Assembly (NCBI GenBank): GCA_964498325.1
Contig: CAZCHF010000002.1
Span: 76,931 to 140,930, forward strand
Source of the DNA: an uncultured Candidatus Kuenenia sp.
GTDB taxonomy: Bacteria; Planctomycetota; Planctomycetia; Pirellulales; UBA1268
Direction of reading: 5' to 3'
DNA: 64,000 nucleotides
Shown here in pieces: positions 53,587 through 64,000 of this stretch. Numbering within the stretch: position 1 is the stretch's first letter; every line of letters starts with the position of its first letter. The notes under the pieces were generated by a model. That model did no database searches. It worked only from the letters and a program-made list of their open reading frames with translations, and had not been told where the DNA came from. The position numbers and the translations under genes were made by a program.

Positions 53587-56500
53587 TTGCCTGCACCTGT
53601 CACATACCGCAGTCTGCTCGCCACCTGTCGGTTCGTCGCATGGGTGGCGGTCTGTCTCGTGACCGCCCAGGCGGCGTCGGCCCAGACGCCTCCCGGCATC
53701 ATGCCGCTGCCACCGGTCGATGAGACGAAAGCTGCCCCGGCGAAGCCTTCAGACCTCGTCGTCGAGGTTCGCATCGAAGGCAACGAGACCGTCGAAGTCT
53801 CGAAGTTGCCGAAGCTGATCACCCGTGCCGGCCAGGTATTCGACCCGCAGTCGATCGAAGAAGACGTGCGTTCGCTCCATCGCTCGCGGAAGTTCGTGGA
53901 CGTGCTTCCGAAGTACGTGCGTGTGAGCGACGGGATCGTCGTCATCTTCCAGGTGGTGGAGCGGCCCACGATCCGCTACGTGAAGTATGTCGGCAACAAC
54001 AAATACACCGCCCGCACGCTTCGCAAGAAAGCGGAGATCGAAGTGGGCGAGGCGATGGACCCTTACGTCATCGAGGAGGCTCGCCGGCGAATCGAGAGCT
54101 TCTACCACGAGAAGGGGTATGAATCGGCCCGCGTGACGACGGTCGAAGGAAGCAAGCCGGGCGACAAGGGGGCGGTGTTCCTCATCGACGAGGGGCAGGC
54201 GAAGAAAGCTCTCTGGACGAGCTTTGTCGGCAACACGATCGCCAGCGACGCCCGACTCCTGACGCAGATCAAGACGAAGCCAGGCGTTCTCTGGGTGTTC
54301 GGCGGCGATATCGATCGCGAGAAGATTGATGCCGATATCGAAGCGCTCACCGCCTACTACCGGAGCTTGGGGTTCTTCCAGGCGCGGGTGGGCCGCGAGG
54401 TCTCTGTCGTTCACGAGGGAATGCGCGACTGGACGCATCTCACCTACGTGATCAGCGAAGGGCCTCGCTACAACGTCCGCAACGTGTCGTTCGTGGGCAA
54501 CTCGAAGTTCAAGACCGAGTTCCTCGAGCGTGAACTGAAGCTCAAGGGGGGCGAGCCGTTCAACCAGTCGAAGATGGATGCGGATCTGAACCTGATCCGC
54601 GACATCTACGGCGGTCGCGGCTACGTTTTCGCCGACATCCGGGCCGATCCCCGGTTCCTCGAAGAGCCGGGCCAACTCGATCTGGTCTACAACGTCACCG
54701 AGGGGCAGCGGTATCGCGTCGGCAAGATCAACGTGAAGATCAAGGGCGAGCATCCGCACACGCGGCACAGCGTCGTGCTCAATCGGCTTTCGCTGCGCCC
54801 CGGCGACATCCTCGACATCCGCAAGCTTCGTGACGACGAGCGGCGCATCAAGTCGAGCGGCCTCTTCGCGGCCGACGCGGCCAAGGGAGAGGGACCGAAG
54901 ATCACGTTCGCCAAGCCCGAGGAAACCGATATTCAAGTCGCGGGGCGCCCGGGCTTCCGCGGGCAAAGCCCCGACGGGGAAGACGACGTCGTCATCGACG
55001 TGATTTTTGAGGAGCCCGAGCCGACGGAGCCGTCGGCTCCGAACCCGGCCACCCTCGAGCCGCAGCCGACACTGGCGCCGGCGACCATCGCCCAAGAGCC
55101 CGTGTGGCGCGGGCAGAGCCCTGGATACCCGCAACCTCAGTGGCCACAGCAGCCGGCGTATGCCCAGCCGCAGCCGGCCGCACCGCAGTACGCCCAGCCG
55201 CAGTATCAGCCGCCGCAATTCGCCCAGCCCGCTCCGCAGCCGCCTGGGGCCTGGCAGCCGGTGCCAACGCAGGCAGTTCCTGTGCAGCCGGTCCAACAAC
55301 CTCAGCCTTTCGCCGGTCAGCAACCGCTCATGCAGCCTGCCGTTCAGCAGCAGCCGGCGCCGAGCCCGTGGGGTGGCCAGCCGCTGGCACCTGCCGGACC
55401 CGAAGGCCTCGGCTTCGCCCGCATGACCGCGCCTCCGCCGCCGGTCTACACCGTGCAGCAACCGGTCGCTGGTGGCCAAGGCCTTCCTGGCCTTCAGGGT
55501 GACCCCAACCAGCCACCAACGTTCCAGCCCCAGGCGCTGCCTGACTTCGCGGGTGGCAGTGCCAACGTGTTTCCGGGCAACGAGCCCTTCGTGATGCTCG
55601 ATGTCGAAGCCGAGGAGACGCAGACCGGGCGACTCATGATCGGTGCCGGCGTCAATTCCAATGCCGGCCTCGTGGGCAACATCGTCATCGACGAGCAGAA
55701 CTTCGACATCCTCCGCTTGCCGCGAAGTTGGGACGACATCAAAAACGGCGTGGCCTTCCGCGGCGCCGGCCAGAGGTTCCGTCTCGAAGCCTCGCCCGGT
55801 ACGCAGTTGCAGCGTTACATGGCCACCTTCCAAGAGCCGTACCTTTTCGACACCCGCATCGGCATGACGCTCTCGGCGAGCTACTACACACGGTTCTTCT
55901 TTGACTGGGCCGAAGCCCGCACCGGTGGCCGGATCGGTCTTGGGTACCAGTTTCAGTTCGCCCCCGACCTCTCGGTGAATGCCGGCTTCCGCGGCGAGAG
56001 CGTCGACGTGTTCAACCCGCGGGTGCTCGCGCCTGACATCGTCGCCATGCAAGGCACCAACGGCGTCTACGGCTTCTCGGCCGGCATCATTCACGACACC
56101 CGCGACAGCCCGTTCCTGCCTACCCAGGGGCACCTCGCGACCTTTGAGTTCGAGCAGGTGATCGGCACGTACATGTACCCGCGTGGCATCCTGGAAGGGC
56201 GTCAGTATTTCCTGATGCGGGAGCGGCCCGACGGCTCCGGTCGCCATGTGCTTTCGGTCGGTTCGGTGCTCGGCATGAGCGGTCCCGACACGCCCGCCTA
56301 CGACAACTTCTTCGCTGGTGGCTACAACACCCTCCGCGGCTTCACGTTCCGTGGTGCGAGCCCCCGGCAGGCCGGCCCCAACGGCCAACTCGCGATCGTC
56401 GGTGGTCCGTTCCAGTGGCTCAACACGGTCGAGTATCTCTTTCCGATCACCGCCGACGATTCGCTCCGCGGCGTCGTCTTCACCGACTTCGGTACCGTCG

Positions 56501-56670
56501 AGAGCAACGTCTCGATCAACAACATGCGCGTGGCCCCGGGCTTCGGGCTTCGCATCACGCTCCCGGCGATGGGCCCGGCCCCGATCGCCCTCGACTTCGC
56601 CGTCCCGGTCGTGGCCGCGCCGTTCGACAGCGAACAGCTCTTCAGCTTCTTCGTGGGCTTCGCGAGGTAG
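53587..56670 (+). CDS. bamA: Outer-membrane protein assembly factor BamA (POTRA repeats + Omp85 barrel) with a long Pro/Gln-rich insertion
   Basis: POTRA-like repeats (EVRIEGNETV..., YVKYVGNNKY..., VSFVGNSKF..., KINVKIKGE...). Omp85 barrel ending ...FSFFVGFAR. The start is uncertain. TTG at 53587 gives MPAPVTYRSLLATCRFVAWVAVCLVTAQAASA-Q. In-frame GTG at 53494 and ATG at 53395 are alternatives. Confidence 0.85.
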   Translation: MPAPVTYRSLLATCRFVAWVAVCLVTAQAASAQTPPGIMPLPPVDETKAAPAKPSDLVVEVRIEGNETVEVSKLPKLITRAGQVFDPQSIEEDVRSLHRSRKFVDVLPKYVRVSDGIVVIFQVVERPTIRYVKYVGNNKYTARTLRKKAEIEVGEAMDPYVIEEARRRIESFYHEKGYESARVTTVEGSKPGDKGAVFLIDEGQAKKALWTSFVGNTIASDARLLTQIKTKPGVLWVFGGDIDREKIDADIEALTAYYRSLGFFQARVGREVSVVHEGMRDWTHLTYVISEGPRYNVRNVSFVGNSKFKTEFLERELKLKGGEPFNQSKMDADLNLIRDIYGGRGYVFADIRADPRFLEEPGQLDLVYNVTEGQRYRVGKINVKIKGEHPHTRHSVVLNRLSLRPGDILDIRKLRDDERRIKSSGLFAADAAKGEGPKITFAKPEETDIQVAGRPGFRGQSPDGEDDVVIDVIFEEPEPTEPSAPNPATLEPQPTLAPATIAQEPVWRGQSPGYPQPQWPQQPAYAQPQPAAPQYAQPQYQPPQFAQPAPQPPGAWQPVPTQAVPVQPVQQPQPFAGQQPLMQPAVQQQPAPSPWGGQPLAPAGPEGLGFARMTAPPPPVYTVQQPVAGGQGLPGLQGDPNQPPTFQPQALPDFAGGSANVFPGNEPFVMLDVEAEETQTGRLMIGAGVNSNAGLVGNIVIDEQNFDILRLPRSWDDIKNGVAFRGAGQRFRLEASPGTQLQRYMATFQEPYLFDTRIGMTLSASYYTRFFFDWAEARTGGRIGLGYQFQFAPDLSVNAGFRGESVDVFNPRVLAPDIVAMQGTNGVYGFSAGIIHDTRDSPFLPTQGHLATFEFEQVIGTYMYPRGILEGRQYFLMRERPDGSGRHVLSVGSVLGMSGPDTPAYDNFFAGGYNTLRGFTFRGASPRQAGPNGQLAIVGGPFQWLNTVEYLFPITADDSLRGVVFTDFGTVESNVSINNMRVAPGFGLRITLPAMGPAPIALDFAVPVVAAPFDSEQLFSFFVGFAR

Positions 56671-56675
56671 GTGCC

Positions 56676-57944
56676 ATGGACGGCTTTGACCACGGCGAAT
56701 CGCAGCGGATCCTGGTCATCTGCACGAAGTACATCGGCGACACGGTCCTCGCGATTCCGTTCCTGCGCAATCTCCGCCGAGCGTTTCCGGAAGCTGCCAT
56801 CGACGTGTGCGCCGAAGGGGGCGCCCGGCAGGTGCTCGCCGAGTGCCCGTATGTCGACCGATTCGTGACCTGGCAGCGGCCTGCGGGCAAGCGATCGCTC
56901 GCTTCGTCGCTCGCCTCGATTCGCAGCCAGGCCGCGTGGCTCGCCAGCCGCCGGTACTCACGCGTCTATCTCCTCAAGCGCTCGCTCTCGGCCGGCTTGA
57001 TGGCGGTCCTGGCCGGCATCCCCAAGCGCATCGGCCTGGCCGGTGATGGGCGGTTCTTCCACACGCATACGGTGAAGGTGCCCCAAGGCCGTCACCAAGC
57101 CTCGCGCTATCTTGACCTGCTGCGAGTCGAAGGCATTTCGGTTGACGATGGTCGCGCCGAGAACTGGACGTCGCCCGACGCCCGGATGCATGTGGCCTCG
57201 CTGCTCGACAGGCTGCCTGTCGGGCGGCTTCGGGTCTTCATCGCGATACGCAGCACCGCCCCGGAAAAACACTGGCCTGCCGACCGCTGGGCCGCACTCG
57301 TCGAATGGCTGGTGGAGCGGCAGGGCTCGGAAGTGATTCTCTGCGGTGGCCGCGGCGACATCCCGCATCACGACGCGCTGCGGGCGGCTGTCGGCCCTGA
57401 CGTGGCGGCGCATGTCCACGACTTCACCCAGGATCTGTCGTTGCGAGAGGCCGGGGCGCTCGTGGCGTCGATGGATGCCTGCGTGGGCGTGGACACCGGC
57501 CTTGTCCACATGGCGGCGTCGTTCGGCGTGCCGGTGGCCGTCCTGTTCGGGCCGACCGATCCCAATCAATGGTCGCCGTGGAGCCCGCGCGCTGTCGTCA
57601 TTCGGAGCAGCAGCGTGAGGCAGACGTTTGTCGGCCGCCTGGTCACCCGCAACCTCACGCGTCCTTTGGCCTGGCCACTGGGTGAGGCATCCATGAACGA
57701 TATCGGCGTGGAAGACGTCGTCGCAGCTGTGTCGACGATCCTGCCTGAACCAAAGGTCGCCCCAGCACCGGTCTCGGTGCCAGAGGCCAAGCCCGTGCCA
57801 CGCCCCGCTCCTCAGGTGCCAACCCTTCGCACCCTCGATCTCCGCGAGGGCTCGTTTCGCTACGAGGTCGTCGCGATGGACGCGGCAGCGGCTGCACGCC
57901 CCGCCGCCGAGCCGGCGACAAAGCCGCTCGCCCAGGCCCACTGA
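56676..57944 (+). CDS. Glycosyltransferase family 9 (heptosyltransferase-like)
   Basis: ATG 6 nt after the bamA stop. RILVICTKYIGDTVLAIPFLRNLR..., ...GVDTGLVHMAASFGVPVAVLFGPTDP. Pro/Ala-rich C-terminal tail of ~55 aa. Confidence 0.85.
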   Translation: MDGFDHGESQRILVICTKYIGDTVLAIPFLRNLRRAFPEAAIDVCAEGGARQVLAECPYVDRFVTWQRPAGKRSLASSLASIRSQAAWLASRRYSRVYLLKRSLSAGLMAVLAGIPKRIGLAGDGRFFHTHTVKVPQGRHQASRYLDLLRVEGISVDDGRAENWTSPDARMHVASLLDRLPVGRLRVFIAIRSTAPEKHWPADRWAALVEWLVERQGSEVILCGGRGDIPHHDALRAAVGPDVAAHVHDFTQDLSLREAGALVASMDACVGVDTGLVHMAASFGVPVAVLFGPTDPNQWSPWSPRAVVIRSSSVRQTFVGRLVTRNLTRPLAWPLGEASMNDIGVEDVVAAVSTILPEPKVAPAPVSVPEAKPVPRPAPQVPTLRTLDLREGSFRYEVVAMDAAAAARPAAEPATKPLAQAH

Positions 57945-59143
57945 AAATTGAAGCCGCCGATACGGCCGTCGACATCGAGCACCTCGCCTGCGAGATACAG
58001 CCCGGGGCAGACGCGACTCTCCATCGTTTCGAGTTTGACTTCGGCGAGCGGTACGCCGCCTGCAGTCGCCTCGGCCACCGAAAACCCACGGTCACCGGTG
58101 ATCGGCAGTGGCGTGGCCACGACGATCGCCACGAGCTTGCGCCTGGCATCGCGCGGAAGATCGCCGGTCGTCGGCGCACCGGCTTGTTCGCAGAGGCTTC
58201 TTGCCAGTCGGTCGGGCAGACGTTCGCGCAGGATTGCCAAGGCTCCGCGCCCTTGCCGTTCGACAAAGACCCGGTCGAGTGATTCTTCCCGCTCACCCGG
58301 CAGCCAGTTGAGCGACAGCGACACCTCAGGATCGGCCGCCTTCGCCATGAGCCAGTGACGGCTCACGTCGAGGATCGCGGGCCCCGAGAGGCCCACGTGG
58401 GTGCAGAGCGTGCTGCCGGTCGTCTGAAAAAGCTTCTTGCTGCTGGCGGCATGAAGCGTCACTTGGGTGTCCAGGGTGAGACCGGAGAGCGACGTGATCC
58501 AGTGGCCGGTTGGTACGACCAGAGGCACGAGCGCCGGCACGATCGGGCTCGTCAGCGAGTGGCCGAGACTCCTGGCGAGTTCGAACCCGGAACCGTCGGA
58601 GCCACTCTTCGGGAGCGACTTGCCACCCGTGCAGAGAATGACGCGGCGGGTCAGGAACGTCGCCGCGTCGGTCGTGACGGCAAAGCCGGCATCCGTTTTC
58701 GCGACCGCAGTCACTTTCGCGGGGTGCACCAGGTTCACGCCGGCCCGCGTTGCCTCCTTCACAAGGGCCTCGAGCACCGTGCGCGCCGAGTCAGTGACCG
58801 GGAACAGCTTGCCGGTCTCTTCCCTCTTGAAGAACACGCCGGCCTCCCCGAAGAAGCGGACACACTCGTCGACGCCGAACCTCCGGAGCACCTTGCGAAT
58901 GGCCGCGGGCGTGCTGCCGGCGTAGTCGGCCTCGCTGACGGTCTCGTGGGTCACGTTGCAGCGGCCCCCACCTGCCACGAGGATCTTGGCGCCGAGCTTG
59001 CGGGCCGAATCCAGCGCGGAGATGGACAGTTGCTTGCCTGCGGCCACGGCCGAGCGGCCGGCCCAGGTGGCCGCGAACAGACCCGCCGCACCCGCGCCGA
59101 CCACGAGAATGTCGTTTCCTTCGGGATGGGGTGCGGTGAGCAT
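57860..59143 (-). CDS. HI0933/YhiN-like flavoprotein (NAD(P)/FAD-dependent oxidoreductase)
   Basis: DILVVGAGAAGLFAA, GGGRCNVTH, C-terminal GGFNFQWAWASGFVAG. Its 3' end overlaps the convergent GT9 ORF tail by ~85 nt. Confidence 0.85.
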   Translation of the reverse strand: MLTAPHPEGNDILVVGAGAAGLFAATWAGRSAVAAGKQLSISALDSARKLGAKILVAGGGRCNVTHETVSEADYAGSTPAAIRKVLRRFGVDECVRFFGEAGVFFKREETGKLFPVTDSARTVLEALVKEATRAGVNLVHPAKVTAVAKTDAGFAVTTDAATFLTRRVILCTGGKSLPKSGSDGSGFELARSLGHSLTSPIVPALVPLVVPTGHWITSLSGLTLDTQVTLHAASSKKLFQTTGSTLCTHVGLSGPAILDVSRHWLMAKAADPEVSLSLNWLPGEREESLDRVFVERQGRGALAILRERLPDRLARSLCEQAGAPTTGDLPRDARRKLVAIVVATPLPITGDRGFSVAEATAGGVPLAEVKLETMESRVCPGLYLAGEVLDVDGRIGGFNFQWAWASGFVAGSAAGRAAAAASIATTS

Positions 59144-59201
59144 CTGCTTTCTTTACCATAGAGGGGTTTTTTAATGATACGGCGACCACCGAGAGAACGA
59201 C

Positions 59202-61042
<1,841 letters not shown>

Positions 61043-61043
<1 letters not shown>

Positions 61044-62770
61044 TGCCCATGCGGCACGAACTTCGCGGCCGCATCGGGATGTTCGTGGGCCACGGCGCCC
61101 GGCTCGCGCTGGTGGCCGCGATCGCGTGGATGGTGCATGCGACGCATGAGCGTCGCGTCTCGCGTGCCCAGGCTTTCGATCTTGCGACCGTGTCGCTCGA
61201 ACTGATCCGGCGGCATCTCCCGGAGGCGGCGACGATCGGTGGATCGTCTTTCAGTGTCGGCGGCGGCATCGATCTGCTGGGCTCCGAGGGCGATCGTGTC
61301 GGCACGATCCTCCGCACGAGCCCCGCAGGCGACTCGTGCATCGGGTTTTCAGGCCCGACCGATCTCCTTATCGTCTGTGACGCGGACCTCCGCGTCGCGG
61401 GCGTCGAAATCCTGTCGAGCCGCGACACCCGTGACCACGTCCGGGCGATCGAACGCGACCCGGCTTTTCTCGCGGGTCTCGCTGGTCGGCCGCTTGGCGA
61501 CTTTGCTCACGCGTGCCCACGCGGCATCGATGCCGTCTCCGGTTCCACGCTCACGAGCATGGCGATCGTCGATGCGCTCATGCTCCGCCTCGGCGGCTCG
61601 GCGGCCGCACGGTTCACCAAAGAGCCCACGCTCGATGACGTGAAGCTGATTTTTCCGACGGCCAGCACCGTCGAGCCCGAACGTGGCAACCCGTCGGTCT
61701 TGCATGTCCGCCACGCCGACGGCGGAGTCGCCGGCTGGTGTCTTCGTACGAGCCCCGCCGCCGACCGCGTCATCGGGTACCAGGGCCCGACCGACGCCCT
61801 CATCGGTATTGACGCCGAGGACCGCATCGTCGGCGTCGCCGTCCTCGCCTCCTTCGACAATGAGCCATACGTGGGCTATGTCCGCGATGACGAGGCGTTC
61901 CGCGGCCTCTGGCGCGGCATGCGGATCGCCGAACTTGCCGGCCTCGATCCTGCCGCGCACGGTGTTGACGGAGTCAGCGGCGCCACGATGACGAGTCAGG
62001 CGGTCGCCGAAGGCATCATCCGTGCAGCCCACGACTGGAAGGATGCTCCGCGGCCCGACCGAAGTCCTGCCGCGGTCATCTTGAAATGGTTCGCGGGCAT
62101 AGAGCCACCGCAGTGGGTGGCCATCGCGATCATGCTTCTGGGACTGGCCATCGCATTCACGCGGGCGCGTGGCACATGGATCGGGAGAGTTGCCCTGCCC
62201 GTGGCGGTGTTCCTCTATCTCGGCTTCGGTGCCGGCGCCTTGGTCTCGCTCGCTCAGGTGCTCGGCTGGTCGCAGGCGGGCATTCCTGCGGAGGCCGCCG
62301 TCCTCTTGGTGCTCACGTTGATCGCGATCGCCACGCCGGCCACCGCAAGGCGGAACGTTTACTGTTCGCACCTCTGCGCCCACGGCGCCGCACAGCAGTT
62401 GATTCTTCGAGTGGCAAAGCCGAAGGGCCACGTCCCTCACAAGCTCCGCTCCTGGCTCATCGCGCTTCCGTGGGCGCTCCTCGCACTCGCGATTCTCGCC
62501 GTCGTGATTCCGCTGCCGATTGCCGTCGTCGATCTCGAGCCGTTTGACGCGTATCTACCGCTGATCGCCGGCATCCCGGCGCTTGTGATCTTCGCGGTGA
62601 GTCTCGTGGCCAGCCTGCGGTATCCGATGGCCTACTGCCGTTATGGTTGCCCCACCGGCGCGCTGCTGGACCACCTGCGGCTCAACCGCAAAAGCGGCAT
62701 CTTCAACTGGCGCGACGGAGTTCTCCTGGCTAGCTTCGCCACCGCGGCGGTCGCGTATCTGACGCTGTGA
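61043..62770 (+). CDS. NosR/NapH-like membrane protein: two FMN-bind domains + polytopic region with CxxxC/CxxGCP motifs
   Basis: The ATG overlaps the upstream TGA (TGATG); the track start is GTG at 61040. FMN_bind-like motifs IDAVSGSTLTS and VDGVSGATMTS. C-terminal TM helices with CSHLCAHG and CRYGCPTG. Confidence 0.75.
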
Positions 62771-62882
62771 ACGAGGTGACAACGGAGCTCGGAAGCGATC
62801 CCATTCCGGCATGACGAGCCACGGGATTTCGAGAGGCGCCTGTCTGTTGCGGGAGTTCCCTCAGCGGTTTTATTCTGGTTTC

Positions 62883-64000
62883 ATGCAGGGAGCACGATTC
62901 AAGCCATGTGCCGCGTGGGTGCTGGTGGCGGCCGCCGCGATCGTTGGGCCGCTCCGAGCTGCCGAGCCGCCCTTGCCTGTTTATGTTCCTGTGGAGTTGC
63001 CGGCAAACTTGGCAGCAACCCTTGCCGATCGACTTGCCACGCGCGCGAGTTATGACGCCAAGGATCAGCAAGCGTTTTGGGAAGCTCTGCTCCCCGAGCA
63101 GCGTCAGGCCGTTGTATGGCAACTGCTGGCCGAGGATCCACGCGACACGCTTCAGGATGTGTCGCTCCTGATCCGACGAGGGCCGCACGAAGCCAACGCC
63201 GAGATGGTGCCCGTATTGCTCGCCGCGCTCGACGATGCCCAATCGTTCGAGACACGTTTCCGCGCGTATACGCTGGCAGGCAGCATGGGTTTCAACGAGC
63301 AGGGGCCATACGCGATGGACCCGAAGATGGTCATCCTGCTCGACCTGCTCGTGACCAAGGCCCTCCGGGCTGAGGGTGACGCGGAGCGGGGCGCAGCGCT
63401 CGAGGCCATCGCCCAGTTTCATGCCCACCCGGCGCCGTGGGTCCACCGCATCGCGACGCTTCTTGACCACGCGTCACCGGCGGTGCGGCGGCAGGCTGCC
63501 CGGACGCTTTCCCACACCGGGCCGATCGCGGTCGTGTACATCGACACGATGCTGCGGCAATACAACATGAACGATCGTTCGGAGGCGAGGGCCGCAGCGT
63601 GGGTGATGGCCGAAATAGGGTGGACGCCTGACGGTGTGGGCCCGAGTCTCGTGGCTCACATTCGCGCGGCCGACGACCCCGGAAGCGTGTCGCCGTTCAA
63701 TTATCCGATCGGCCGCCTGCCCGCCTCAAAGGATATGGCCGACGCGCTCCTGACACTCGCCCCGCCGCAGTTGTGTCATCATGAGATCTGCTCTTGGATC
63801 GAGACCCACGCGGCCGGCGATCGTCGTTTCATCGACCCGCTGCTCGCGGCCTTGCGGCACGACTGGACGCCGTCGGAGATCGGCCGAGAAGCCAGCTGCT
63901 TTGATACGCCTGTATTGTTGCGAGCACTCGTCGCCGTGGGCCGTGGCGACAAGAATCTTTCGGCGGCACTCACGGCCATGCTCGATGAGCCGATTCCGGT
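62883..64000 (+). CDS. Secreted HEAT/ARM-like repeat protein (5' part; continues past the window end)
   Basis: Absent from the ORF track because there is no stop. My manual translation from ATG 62883 is open to nt 64000 (MQGARFKPCAAWVLVAAAAIVGPLRAAEPP...). Helical repeats with ...SPAVRRQAARTLSHTG...-type HEAT signatures. Confidence 0.6.
   Translation, partial: MQGARFKPCAAWVLVAAAAIVGPLRAAEPPLPVYVPVELPANLAATLADRLATRASYDAKDQQAFWEALLPEQRQAVVWQLLAEDPRDTLQDVSLLIRRGPHEANAEMVPVLLAALDDAQSFETRFRAYTLAGSMGFNEQGPYAMDPKMVILLDLLVTKALRAEGDAERGAALEAIAQFHAHPAPWVHRIATLLDHASPAVRRQAARTLSHTGPIAVVYIDTMLRQYNMNDRSEARAAAWVMAEIGWTPDGVGPSLVAHIRAADDPGSVSPFNYPIGRLPASKDMADALLTLAPPQLCHHEICSWIETHAAGDRRFIDPLLAALRHDWTPSEIGREASCFDTPVLLRALVAVGRGDKNLSAALTAMLDEPIP

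Noticed and set aside
53397-53969. The 191-aa N-terminal extension of the YrdC/LMW-PTP ORF (track 52227-53969), and the early ATG starts of the bamA ORF (53365/53395).
   Set aside because: The extension runs antisense through the bamA 5' coding region and has junk-like composition. The YrdC-like domain starts at MPPMIIDL (53396). For bamA, no ATG precedes the signal peptide after 53395, so a TTG or GTG start is more likely. The exact start is left uncertain.
57860-57944. An ~85-nt overlap of the convergent GT9 and HI0933-like ORFs.
   Set aside because: The GT9 catalytic domain ends well upstream. Its Pro/Ala-rich tail is probably a weakly constrained extension or read-through to the first available stop in GC-rich DNA. 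Nothing suggests a functional antisense arrangement.

Overview
High-GC bacterial chromosomal segment whose gene content looks Planctomycetota-like. Family names below are recalled from sequence motifs; no searches were run. Supporting gene types: a DUF1552-type / cytochrome-c-motif giant protein pair, a BBP7-like outer-membrane barrel, a YTV-repeat cysteine-rich protein, a sulfatase, a PEP-CTERM protein, prenyltransferase-repeat secreted proteins and Tat-signal enzymes. I call about 55 protein-coding genes. Most long antisense ORFs in the track are GC-driven shadow ORFs. I saw no rRNA, tRNA, CRISPR array, integrase or transposase.

Recognisable housekeeping genes:
- an Opp/Dpp-type ABC peptide transporter operon
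- ribBA and rpiB
- a YrdC-like/LMW-phosphatase fusion
- bamA followed by a GT9 heptosyltransferase-like gene
- UDP-glucuronate decarboxylase
- MOFRL glycerate kinase

Observations worth a second look:
1. A compact ACP / KS-N-terminal-like / full KS / DUF4254-like cluster with no other fatty-acid or polyketide enzymes nearby.
2. A ~3 kb three-gene segment bracketed by ~154-bp direct repeats, which are the 3' end of the DUF4254-like gene.
3. A family of ~130-140 bp intergenic elements (5 copies). Their terminal stems and inner hairpin differ between copies while keeping complementarity. One copy sits inside the opp operon.
4. A 14-residue-periodic YTV-type protein, ~11% Cys, with a poly-Cys tail.
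5. A multicopper oxidase carrying three inserted ~65-aa modules plus FG-GAP-like repeats.
6. An EF-hand / small protein / TPM-domain giant helical protein operon.
7. A secreted caspase-fold protein with tandem Tudor/Agenet-like domains.
8. A nucleotidyltransferase-fold two-gene cassette next to a low-GC decayed ORF.
9. A periplasmic flavoenzyme translationally coupled to a NosR/NapH-like protein.

None of these is proven to be a new system. All functional assignments are motif-level inference.
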